Assembly (NCBI GenBank): GCA_052325545.1
Contig: JBKQUP010000034.1
Span: 33,450 to 97,449 of the forward strand
DNA: 64,000 bases
Reading direction: 5' to 3'
Source of the DNA: Thermoplasmata archaeon
Lineage (GTDB): Archaea; Thermoplasmatota; Thermoplasmata; Lutacidiplasmatales; UBA184
The notes under the pieces were generated by a model that made no database searches, had not been told where the DNA came from, and worked only from the letters and a program-made list of their open reading frames with translations. Below are positions 47,769 to 56,872 of the stretch, piece by piece. Within the stretch, counting starts at the first letter, position 1, and every line of letters starts with the position of its first letter. Position numbers and translations under genes: made by a program.

Positions 47769-50501
47769 ATGAGCGGCCCGAAACCCCCCGCCGACTACGA
47801 CGTGTTGGTAGTCGGGGCCGGGGTCGGGGGGATGGAGTCCGCCCTCTCCCTCGGCGACATGGGGTTCCGGGTATTGCTGGTCGAGCAGGAGGCCAGCGTC
47901 GGCGGGCGGATGATCCTCCTCAGCAAGGTCTTCCCGACGCTCGACTGCGCCAGCTGCATCTCCACTCCCAAGATGGCGGGAGTGAACAACCACCCCAACA
48001 TCCGGACCCTGGTCTACTCCGAGGTCGACGACATCGTTCCGAAGGAGGGGGGCGGGTTCCAGGTCCACCTGACCCGCAAGCCCACATTCGTGGATGCGGC
48101 AAAGTGTACGGGCTGCGCGCTCTGCGAAGTGGCCTGCACGGTCGCGTACCCCGACGAGTTCAACTACGACCTCGCCGCCCGCCGCGCCGCCCACATCGCA
48201 TTCCCGCAGGCCGTACCCAAGAAGGCGGTGATCACGCGGCACGGCACCTCTCCCTGCTCGTTCGCCTGCCCCGCCGGGGTGAAACCGCACGGTTACGTCT
48301 CCCTCGTCCGCGCCGGAAAGCACGACGCGGCGTTCCGTCAGCACCTCGAGGACGCCCCGCTCGTGGGAGTCCTGAGCCGGGCGTGCTACGCTCCGTGCGA
48401 GGAGCAGTGCTCCCGCGCCGACCTCGAGGGTTCGGTCTCGATCCGCGGGATCAAGCGGTTCATGGCGGACCGCTACTACGGCGCGCACTCCGACCCGGAG
48501 TACGGGCCTCCCTCGAACCGCACCGGAAAGAAGGTCGCGGTCGTCGGGTCCGGACCGACCGGACTCTCCGCGGCGTTCTTCCTGGCCCGTTCGGGCCACG
48601 ACGTTACTGTGTTCGAGGGCGACAGCGAGCCCGGAGGGATTATGCGGTGGGGAATCCCGTCCTACCGTCTCCCGAAGGATGTCCTCGCTCGGGACCTGAA
48701 GAACATCACGGCCCTCGGCGTCCGAATCGAGACGAACCACCGCGTCACGTCCCTCGCTTCTCTCAAGGAAAGCGGGTTCGGCGCCGTCTTCCTGGCCACC
48801 GGCGACAAGGGCGGTCGCAAGCTCTCGGTCCCCGGAGAGGATTTCGCCGGCGTGCTCGACTCGATGGAGTTCCTGCATGCCACCAACGCCGGCCATCCCA
48901 CGGACCTCCGCGGAAAAGCGGTGGTCGTCATCGGGGGCGGCAACGTGGCGATCGACTCGGCGCGAAGCGCCCTCCGGCTCGGGGCCCGGTCGGTCAAGCT
49001 GTTCTGCCTCGAGTCCGCCCGCGAGATGCCCGCCCATCACTGGGAGGTCCAAGAAGCGGAGGACGAGGGGGTCGTCGTGACCACCTCCTGGGGCGTTCAC
49101 GAGATTCATGGGGAGGAAAGGAAGGTCCGCCGCATCGAGCTCGTTCGATGCACGTCGGTCTTCGACTCGGAGCATCGCTTCCGCCCGACGTTCGATGAGA
49201 CGGTGAAGGAGACCGTGCCCACCGACGTGGTGATCACCGCAATCGGGTTGATGGCGGACACCGCTCCCTTCGCGTCGCAGCTCGAGCTGAACCGCAACGG
49301 GACCATCCGGGTCAACCCCGAGACGCTCCAGACCTCCTCCTCCTACGTCTTCGCCGGGGGCGACGCGGTGACCGGTCCCTCGATGATCGTCGCCGCCGTC
49401 GGCCAGGGAAAGCGGGCGGCGTACTACATCGACCGCCAGCTCACCGGACAGGACCTGGAGGGGGTGCGGTTCGACGAGCGGCTTCCGGTCTCCGACCGGG
49501 CGAAGGTCATCGCCCAGGCCCGCGACCACGTCACGCCCCGGGAGCCCGTGAAGCCAAAGCGCCGCACAATCGCCGAGCGGGTCGCCTCGTTCGCGGAGTA
49601 TGAGGAAGGCCCGACCGAGGCCGAAGCCCGGCTCGGCGCCAACCGTTGTCTCGACTGCGGCGTCTGCTGCGAATGCCGGGAATGCGTGGCCGCCTGCCCG
49701 GCGTTCGCGATCGACCTCGACCAGCGTGCACGCCACGAGACGGTCACCGTCGGCTCGGTGGCGCTGGCCACGGGATTCCATCCGTTCGACGCGCGCCAGA
49801 AGCCCGCCTACGGGTTCGGCCGGTTCCCGAACGTCATCACGGGGACCCAGATGGACCGGATCCTCGCGCCGACCCGGCCGTTCAACGCCGTGGTCCGCCC
49901 CTCGGACGGGAAAGCGCCGTCCAACGTGGCGTTCGTGCTCTGCACCGGGTCGCGCGACGAGCAGGCCGGGAACCGGCTCTGCTCGCGCGTCTGTTGCATG
50001 TACTCGATGAAGCAGGCCCAGCTGGCCCTCGGGGCGCTTCCGCTCGCGGACGTGACGATCTACTACATCGACATCCGAGCGTTCGGCAAGGGGTACGAGG
50101 AGTTCTTCCAGCAGACCCGGTCGATGAGCGCCAACTTCGTCAAGGGGAAGGTCTCCCGCATCGAAGGGACCGACGACGACGACCTGATCGTGCAGTACGA
50201 GGACATCGAAGGCGGAGGGGGGGTGAAGACCGCGCGACACGACATGGTCGTGCTCGCCGTCGGCCTCCAGCCGAATCAGGGGGCGTTCCGACTGTTCCCG
50301 GAGGGGAACCTGGCGCGGGACGAGTACTCCTACGTAAAAGAGACGGACGAAGAGCTCGAGCCCGGCCGGACCAACATCCCGGGCGTCTTCGTGATCGGCT
50401 CCGCCGCCGCGGTCCGGGACATCCCTGATACGATCCTGCACTCCGAGGCCGCCTCGGCCCAGGTCGCTGCCTATCTGAAGCGACCGGGGGCGAGGAGATG
50501 A
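47769..50501 (+). CDS. HdrA-like flavoprotein with inserted GltD/NAD(P)H oxidoreductase module (HdrL-like)
   Basis: GAGVGG, KVFPTLDC, ferredoxin CxxCxxC, GSGPTG, GGGNVAID and CSRVCCMY. Confidence 0.92.
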   Translation: MSGPKPPADYDVLVVGAGVGGMESALSLGDMGFRVLLVEQEASVGGRMILLSKVFPTLDCASCISTPKMAGVNNHPNIRTLVYSEVDDIVPKEGGGFQVHLTRKPTFVDAAKCTGCALCEVACTVAYPDEFNYDLAARRAAHIAFPQAVPKKAVITRHGTSPCSFACPAGVKPHGYVSLVRAGKHDAAFRQHLEDAPLVGVLSRACYAPCEEQCSRADLEGSVSIRGIKRFMADRYYGAHSDPEYGPPSNRTGKKVAVVGSGPTGLSAAFFLARSGHDVTVFEGDSEPGGIMRWGIPSYRLPKDVLARDLKNITALGVRIETNHRVTSLASLKESGFGAVFLATGDKGGRKLSVPGEDFAGVLDSMEFLHATNAGHPTDLRGKAVVVIGGGNVAIDSARSALRLGARSVKLFCLESAREMPAHHWEVQEAEDEGVVVTTSWGVHEIHGEERKVRRIELVRCTSVFDSEHRFRPTFDETVKETVPTDVVITAIGLMADTAPFASQLELNRNGTIRVNPETLQTSSSYVFAGGDAVTGPSMIVAAVGQGKRAAYYIDRQLTGQDLEGVRFDERLPVSDRAKVIAQARDHVTPREPVKPKRRTIAERVASFAEYEEGPTEAEARLGANRCLDCGVCCECRECVAACPAFAIDLDQRARHETVTVGSVALATGFHPFDARQKPAYGFGRFPNVITGTQMDRILAPTRPFNAVVRPSDGKAPSNVAFVLCTGSRDEQAGNRLCSRVCCMYSMKQAQLALGALPLADVTIYYIDIRAFGKGYEEFFQQTRSMSANFVKGKVSRIEGTDDDDLIVQYEDIEGGGGVKTARHDMVVLAVGLQPNQGAFRLFPEGNLARDEYSYVKETDEELEPGRTNIPGVFVIGSAAAVRDIPDTILHSEAASAQVAAYLKRPGARR

Positions 50502-52231
50502 CGGAGGAAACGCCGCGCCGCATCGGAGTGATGGTCTGCCAATGTGGCGGCAACATCAGCGACTACGTGGACACGGAGAAGGTCCGCGCCGAGGTGGCCA
50601 AGCAGGGAGAGGTCGTCGCGACCCGGGTGGAGATGTTCGCGTGCTCGGATTCCGCCCAGGAATCGATGGTGCAGATGATCCGTGAGAAGAAGCTCGATGG
50701 GATCGTCGTCTGCTCCTGCTCCCCGAAGCTGCACCTCTCCACGTTCCGGGCGATGGCCCAGCGGGGCGGCCTCAACCCGTACGAGTACACCCAGGTCAAC
50801 ATCCGGGAGCAGTGCTCCTGGGCGCACACCCACGACAAGCCCGCCGCCACCGAGAAGGCGCTCCGCCTCGTGCGCGCCGGGGTCGCGAAGACCGCCCTGT
50901 CGACGCCGCTCGAGCGGATGCGGGTCGAGACGACCTCCCAGGTCCTCGTAGTCGGGGCGGGGATCGCCGGACTGCGGGCGGCGCTCGCACTCTCCGACCT
51001 TGGGATCTCCGTGCACCTCATCGAGAAGGCGTCCGAGCCGGGCGGCCATGTCGCCCGGTGGGGCAAGGTCTTCCCGAACAACAAGGACGGCCGAGAGCTC
51101 ATCGAGACCCTCCTCCGCGAGCTCCGGGCCCGCGAGAACATCGTTCTGTACCTTGGGACCGAGCTGACCGAGATGAGCGGACGCATCGGCTCCTTCACGG
51201 TCAAGGTTCGGACTCCGACCGCGGAGACGGTCTCGTTGAAGGTCGGGAGCATCGTGGTCGCGACCGGGTTCGAGACCTACGCTCCGAAGCCCGGAGAGCT
51301 CGGCTTTGGGTTGGAGGGAGTGGTCACGCTTCCGGAGCTCAAGGAGCTCCTCGCGAAGAGCCCGGGCCGCCTCGAACACCACGGCAAGGCGGTCCGCTCG
51401 ATCGCCTACGTGTACTGCGTCGGTTCGCGCGAGGAGGGGTCGGAGACGAACCCTCGCACCTACTGCTCACGCTACTGTTGCAGCGCCACCTCGCACATCG
51501 CCACCGTCGTCACCGGGATCGACCCGACGATCCGCCAGTTCCACCTCTTCCGCGATATTCGGACGTACGGCAAGTACGAGGCGATCTACGAGCGGGCCCT
51601 CCGGGGTGGCTCGGTCTTCCTCCGTTTCGGAGAAGAGGCGCCACCCACCGTCACCTCCGAGAACGGCCAGCTCGTCGTCAAGGTGAAGGACCGATTGATG
51701 GGGGGCGAGGAGGTAGAGCTCCGTCCGGACCTCGTCGTCCTCGTCACCGGGATGGTCCCCCGGGAGGACGGGGGGGTCGCCCGCGTACTCAAGATTCCCA
51801 TCGGCAAGGACGGGTTCTTCCACGAGGTTCACGTTAAACTGCGACCCGTGGAGACGGTTGTCGACGGGGTCTTCATCGCCGGCGCCGCCCAAGGACCGAA
51901 GAACCTCGCGGAGAGCGTCACGAGCTCGATGGCCGCGGTCTCGAAGGCCGCTGCCCTCTTGCTGAAGGGGTACGTCGACCTCGACCCGATGGTAGCGGAG
52001 GTCAACCCGGACCTCTGCGTCTGGTGCGACGCGTGCACCCTCGCGTGCCCCTACGGGGCCGTGGAGAAGGTCGACCACGGGGGCACGGCGGTCGCGCGGA
52101 TCAGCGGCATCCTCTGCAAGGGGGAGGGCGCGTGCGTGCCGGTCTGCCCGAAGCAGGCGGTCTCGGTCAAGGGATACACGAACGACCAGGTACGCTCGAT
52201 GATCGACGCCCTGGCCCAGGAGGTCACGTGA
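50498..52231 (+). CDS. hdrA: Heterodisulfide reductase subunit A-like protein
   Basis: CQCGGNI, CSPKLH, NIREQCSW, CSRYCC, HVKLRPV and C-terminal ferredoxin motifs. Confidence 0.93.
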   Translation: MTEETPRRIGVMVCQCGGNISDYVDTEKVRAEVAKQGEVVATRVEMFACSDSAQESMVQMIREKKLDGIVVCSCSPKLHLSTFRAMAQRGGLNPYEYTQVNIREQCSWAHTHDKPAATEKALRLVRAGVAKTALSTPLERMRVETTSQVLVVGAGIAGLRAALALSDLGISVHLIEKASEPGGHVARWGKVFPNNKDGRELIETLLRELRARENIVLYLGTELTEMSGRIGSFTVKVRTPTAETVSLKVGSIVVATGFETYAPKPGELGFGLEGVVTLPELKELLAKSPGRLEHHGKAVRSIAYVYCVGSREEGSETNPRTYCSRYCCSATSHIATVVTGIDPTIRQFHLFRDIRTYGKYEAIYERALRGGSVFLRFGEEAPPTVTSENGQLVVKVKDRLMGGEEVELRPDLVVLVTGMVPREDGGVARVLKIPIGKDGFFHEVHVKLRPVETVVDGVFIAGAAQGPKNLAESVTSSMAAVSKAAALLLKGYVDLDPMVAEVNPDLCVWCDACTLACPYGAVEKVDHGGTAVARISGILCKGEGACVPVCPKQAVSVKGYTNDQVRSMIDALAQEVT

Positions 52232-52479
52232 CGGGAAAGGCGGACCTTCGGGACCTCGGGGAGGTCCTGAGGGACGAGCTCGTCGAGCAGGACCGTATCG
52301 TGGAGGTGCTTCGCGCCGGTCCAAAGACGCTGCCCGAGATCGCTGAAGCGCTCGGCCGCCCGCCCTATGAGGTCACGAAGTGGGTGATGGCGATGCGCCG
52401 GTACGGACGGGTCCGGGACCTGCCCAAGTCCCGGACGGACGACTACTACCCGTACGAGCTCGTGGAGGACTCCCGATGA
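52228..52479 (+). CDS. Small winged-helix protein
   Basis: GPKTLPEIAEALG...MRRYGRV; GTGA/ATGA overlaps with both neighbours. Confidence 0.8.
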   Translation: MTGKADLRDLGEVLRDELVEQDRIVEVLRAGPKTLPEIAEALGRPPYEVTKWVMAMRRYGRVRDLPKSRTDDYYPYELVEDSR

Positions 52480-52784
52480 GGGTGGACCCGGAGTTCCTAG
52501 ACCGCGTCCGCCGTGCCGGCGAGTTCGACGCGAGCGTCTGCATGAACTGCGGCGTCTGCACCGCCCTCTGTCCGCTGGGGATCGAACTGCTTCCCCGACG
52601 TCTCTTCCGCTACGTCCTCCTCGGGAATCCCACCGCCGTCCGGGAGCAGACGGAGACTATCTTCTCCTGTCTCCTCTGCCGGATGTGCGAATCGAATTGC
52701 CCGGCGGGGGTCCACATCACGGAGAACGTGCGCACGCTGCGCACCCTCCTCAACCGCGAGCAGTTCCACCTGGCGGAGGCCTGA
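52476..52784 (+). CDS. HdrC-like 4Fe-4S dicluster protein
   Basis: CMNCGVCTALCP and CLLCRMCESNCP. Confidence 0.9.
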   Translation: MRVDPEFLDRVRRAGEFDASVCMNCGVCTALCPLGIELLPRRLFRYVLLGNPTAVREQTETIFSCLLCRMCESNCPAGVHITENVRTLRTLLNREQFHLAEA

Positions 52785-52797
52785 CCTCGGAGGGGCC

Positions 52798-53772
52798 ATG
52801 TCGTCGGTACCTATCGGAAGCACCCTCGGGATCCTCGGCGACAACCTCCGCAAGCGACGGAGCGCGCTCCCGCTCTCGCGGCGCGCCGCTACGGCCTGGG
52901 CGAAGGGGCTCGCCCTCCCTCGGGGGGGCGAGACCGTGCTCTACACGGGCCAGATGTGGCAGATGGTCCCGTCGATCAACGCGATGAGCCGGCAGCTCGG
53001 GAAATACGAGGGGCGGGGAGCGCGGCTCTTCGGGTTCGCTCGATCGATGAACAAGGTCGTCAACCTTACCCCGTTCCTGGCCCGGACCCGTCCCGACGAG
53101 CGGAGGGCGTACAACGAACGGCTGCGGAACATCGTTCGCCTCCTCCGGGCCGCCGGCGTCACGTTCGGGTATCTCTACGAGAAGGACCTCTACCCGGGCA
53201 CGTTGGCGTATGACGAAGGCCTCGACCAAGGGTTCGCGGCCCACGCCCGCTACGTGGCGAAGACCCTGCGCGAGAGCGGGGCGAAGCGGTTGATCACCGT
53301 CGACCCCCACACGACCAACATCCTCCGCAGCGTCTACCCGAAGGTGGTGGGGGGCTTCGACCTGGCCGTCCAGAGCTACCTCGAGGTCCTCACGGAGCGC
53401 CGGCTCGCGGCGACCGGAGCGCTACACGAGTCGGTCACGATGCACGATTCCTGCGTCTACGCGAGGTACGAGGGGGTCGTCGAGCAGCCGCGCCTCCTCT
53501 TGGCCCGCGGCGGGGTCGACGTGGTCGAGCCCGAGCTGTCGGGTCGGATGACGTTCTGTTGCGGAGGCCCGCTCGAGACCCTCTTCCCGGGGAAGTCGTC
53601 GGAGATCGCGCGCCGGAGAGTCGAGCAGCTCTCCGCGTTGAGCCCGAAGCTTGTCACGGCGTGTCCACTCTGCCTCGCGAACCTACAACGGGTCGCCCCG
53701 GCGGGCGTGGAGGTCCGGGACATCTCGGACTACCTGGTACGCGCCTATTGCCCGGCGGCCGTCCCTGCCTAA
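52798..53772 (+). CDS. CCG-domain (HdrB/HdrD-like) Fe-S protein
   Basis: HDSC, CCGGP and TACPLC motifs. Confidence 0.9.
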   Translation: MSSVPIGSTLGILGDNLRKRRSALPLSRRAATAWAKGLALPRGGETVLYTGQMWQMVPSINAMSRQLGKYEGRGARLFGFARSMNKVVNLTPFLARTRPDERRAYNERLRNIVRLLRAAGVTFGYLYEKDLYPGTLAYDEGLDQGFAAHARYVAKTLRESGAKRLITVDPHTTNILRSVYPKVVGGFDLAVQSYLEVLTERRLAATGALHESVTMHDSCVYARYEGVVEQPRLLLARGGVDVVEPELSGRMTFCCGGPLETLFPGKSSEIARRRVEQLSALSPKLVTACPLCLANLQRVAPAGVEVRDISDYLVRAYCPAAVPA

Positions 53773-53794
53773 CATTGCCCTCCCCACCGGGGGC

Positions 53795-56182
53795 TTAGGT
53801 GGCGGTCCCGGTGCCGTTCTTTTCGGCGAGCGAGGCCTTGAGCTGGTTCAACTCTCCCAATAGATCCGGCCGGAGGAGGGCCAGGTTCTGACCCTCGAGC
53901 GCGGCGACGTACCCTTGGGCGGTCGCGCGGTCTCCCCGGAGCTGGGCCAGCTGGGCGAGCCGAAGGACCACGTCGATCTCCTCGAGCGTATGCTTCAGCC
54001 CCTGGAGCAATCGGTGCGCTTCGGTGAGGTCGGTCTCCGCGCGGTCGTAGGCACCCTGGTCCATCGCGATCTGCGCCCGAGCCTTCAACGACACGCCCAG
54101 TCCGACCTGGTCCCCGACCCGGGCGAGCAGCTCGCACGCCTGCCGCACCGTCTCGAGCGCTTCCTCGTACCGCCCCGCCTCGCGGAGGAGTTCCGTGGTC
54201 TTGTAAAGCGCATAGCCGACCCGGCGGGGGTCCTCTGCCCTCTGGGCGAACCGGATCGCCTCCGCGTATTCGGCGATCGCCTCCTTTCGCTGGGAAGCGG
54301 TGCATCGGGCGTCGGCCAGGATGTCCCCGAGGTAGAGGTGCCCCTGGGCGGATTCCCGGACCGACCCCAATCGATCCCGCGCGACGGTGACCTCGCGCGC
54401 CTCGGCGACCGCCTCCTCCATCTGGCCCATCATCGCGAGGGTGGCCGCTCGCCAGAACTGGGCTTCCAGAATGACCCGCTCGTTCCCGACCTCGCGCGCG
54501 AGCCGAAGTCCCTCCGTATGATGGCCGAGAGCCTCCGCGTAGCGTCCCTGGTAGTAGAACCCCAGGCCCAGCTGATGGTGGGCTCCGATGCGGACGAGCA
54601 ACTGGTCCTCTAGTCCCGGGGAATCGAGCACTTGTTGCGCGAGCTCCGACGCGGTCGGCGAGTCCCCTCGGCCGTGCAGGACCCGGGCGAGGAACAGCTC
54701 GAGGGTCGCCCGACTGCCCGCGGATAGGCTCGGGTCGGCCCTCGCCGAGTCGAGGAAGTCACGCAGGATCGTTTCCGCGTCCTGCAGGAGACCCAGCTCC
54801 TCCGTGATGCGCGCCAGCTCGAGGACCAGTTCCGCCTCTCCGTCCAGGTCCTCCGGGGTCAGTTCGCGCTGGCTCTCGAGGGCTCGAGAGTAATGCTCCC
54901 AGGCCGTGTCCAGCGCCACCGCACGCTCGGCGATCTCGGCGGCGATGCGATTGTAGCTCACCGATTTCGGTCCGTCATGACCGAGGTAGAAATGGCGCGC
55001 GAGCGAATAGATCCCCGAGACGTCCACCTCTCCCACCGCCTCCAGGGCCTCTCCGGCCCGGCGGTGGAGGAAACGGCGTCGCTTCTCGGGGAGAGCATTG
55101 TACGTTTCTTCCCGCAGTCGGTCCTCCGGGAATTCGAGAACCTCCCCCGGGCGCTCGAAGAGAAGGCCGTGACCCACCAGGCGGTCGACGATCTCCGTGA
55201 GCCGCTCCTCATCGACCTCGCCGCTCGCCTGGAGGAGAAGGCCGAAGGTGAACGCCGGGCCGAGCACCGCCGCGACATCGAGCGTTGCCTGGGCTCCCTC
55301 TTCGACGAGAGGATGGCCGGCGCGCGGAGAGTCCGCCCCCTCTCTCGACGAGGAGATACGGTGGTCGAGCTGGTCGAGGAGGAGCGGGTTCCCGCCGGTC
55401 TCGGAGTAGAGCCGCGCGACCTCGTCGGGCGAGAATTGCCGAGACGGTTCGTTCATGCGGAGGTAGTCGACGATCTCTTCGGAGGTCATCGGACGAAGGA
55501 CCGTCGGTCGGGCGTGGGTCGCGTTCTCGAACCGCTCAAGACGCGACCGCGCCGACTCGGAGAGCGATGCGTACGGCCGGCTGGTCCCGAGTACCCACAG
55601 TGCCTCGTTCTGCAGATGCGTCGCCAGGTACTCCACCGCGGCTAGGGACAGATCGTCCGCGCGGTGGAGGTCCTCGAGGATGAGCACGGTGGGGCCCCGT
55701 CGCGTGAACTCGAGGAACTGGTCGGCGATCCCCTCCAGGACCCGTTCCCGGGACATCTCGCTCCGCTCGGCGGTCCCGCCGAGCGCTTCGAGAAGCCGCG
55801 TCTCGATGCTGACGGGAGCGGGGAACGCCCCTTCGCCCATGCGCGGAGCAAAGCCGATGATCACCTGGTCGCCTCCGAGCGGGCCAGCATCGTCGGTCGT
55901 GAGGGACGGGTCGTCGTGCGCGCTCTCGAGCGCGGAACGCATTAGCGAGAACGGGGGCGGGTCATCGAGCGCGAGCGCCCGTCCGACGAGCACGAGGGTC
56001 CGGAGCGCGCGGATGTCTCGGACGAGCTGGGTGATCAGCGCCGATTTTCCCACCCCCGTGTCGCCCAGGAGGAGTGTGACCCCACCGGTGCCCGCTCGTG
56101 CATCCTCGAACCGACGGTGGAGCGCCTCCACCGTCTCGACCCGGCCGACGAACGGGGGACCGGACCCGACTTCGGCCGGCAT
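53795..56182 (-). CDS. AAA (STAND-like) ATPase with TPR repeats
   Basis: FVGR, GDTGVGKS, ILEDLH and TGGNPL; helical repeat C-terminus. Confidence 0.88.
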   Translation of the reverse strand: MPAEVGSGPPFVGRVETVEALHRRFEDARAGTGGVTLLLGDTGVGKSALITQLVRDIRALRTLVLVGRALALDDPPPFSLMRSALESAHDDPSLTTDDAGPLGGDQVIIGFAPRMGEGAFPAPVSIETRLLEALGGTAERSEMSRERVLEGIADQFLEFTRRGPTVLILEDLHRADDLSLAAVEYLATHLQNEALWVLGTSRPYASLSESARSRLERFENATHARPTVLRPMTSEEIVDYLRMNEPSRQFSPDEVARLYSETGGNPLLLDQLDHRISSSREGADSPRAGHPLVEEGAQATLDVAAVLGPAFTFGLLLQASGEVDEERLTEIVDRLVGHGLLFERPGEVLEFPEDRLREETYNALPEKRRRFLHRRAGEALEAVGEVDVSGIYSLARHFYLGHDGPKSVSYNRIAAEIAERAVALDTAWEHYSRALESQRELTPEDLDGEAELVLELARITEELGLLQDAETILRDFLDSARADPSLSAGSRATLELFLARVLHGRGDSPTASELAQQVLDSPGLEDQLLVRIGAHHQLGLGFYYQGRYAEALGHHTEGLRLAREVGNERVILEAQFWRAATLAMMGQMEEAVAEAREVTVARDRLGSVRESAQGHLYLGDILADARCTASQRKEAIAEYAEAIRFAQRAEDPRRVGYALYKTTELLREAGRYEEALETVRQACELLARVGDQVGLGVSLKARAQIAMDQGAYDRAETDLTEAHRLLQGLKHTLEEIDVVLRLAQLAQLRGDRATAQGYVAALEGQNLALLRPDLLGELNQLKASLAEKNGTGTAT

Positions 56183-56362
56183 CGCTTCTGCCGGGCTATG
56201 TGGTGGGTCCGGCTATTTAGGCGCGCGGCCGAACCACCTTGAGGGCGGTTCCGCGGTACTGACCCCAGGGACTATCGGGGCACCCATGCGGGGCTCCGTG
56301 CCCCGTGGTCCGCTTCCGAGACCCCACGAGGACCGACCGAGCCCGGTCCTTCGACCCAAAAA

Positions 56363-56485
56363 CTACGCTTGCTCGATGTGGACCAGGGGGTGGTCCTGGT
56401 GGTTCGCCATTTCGGCTTCGTCGGTCGAGGCGAACTCCGTTCCGCACGTAGTGCACCGCACCTGTGTGGTAGGCTGGTCTGCCAT
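56363..56485 (-). CDS. Tiny C2H2-like zinc-finger protein (40 aa)
   Basis: MADQPTTQVRCTTCGTEF...NHQDH; TTTATA box about 22 nt upstream of ATG. Confidence 0.6.
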   Translation of the reverse strand: MADQPTTQVRCTTCGTEFASTDEAEMANHQDHPLVHIEQA

Positions 56486-56872
56486 ACGGCCCGCACTGCG
56501 GCTCAGTATAAACAAACTTCGCGAGACACGAAGAGGTAGGATCTCCTTCGACTCAGTGGGAGCGACTACGGTGCTTCTGCAGACCCCAACCCCAAAACCA
56601 CCGAACGAATCACGTCGTCGGTTACGCCGCGGGGGATGGCGGGTAACGGGTGAACCCGGTCGTATTCCGCTCTTTCCGGGTCTGCATGAGGCCCTGCAAC
56701 TCAGCACCTCGTTCATCGCCTATTATGGGCGGTACTACTGCTACGCCTGCAAACAATCCACCTAGCCACTGATCGACCCCGATTGATCCGTTTGCCGAAG
56801 TATGGGTCAGCAACCTTGCATCCACGATGGTGATGGGTCGCGCCGTGCATCCGGCCAGCAGGCCGCCTCTCG

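Noticed and set aside
46881-50441. 1186-aa antisense ORF, and similar long shadow ORFs such as 26237-28987, 22940-24586 and 1104-2834
   Set aside because: Antisense shadows of well-supported genes, expected at high GC; no motifs
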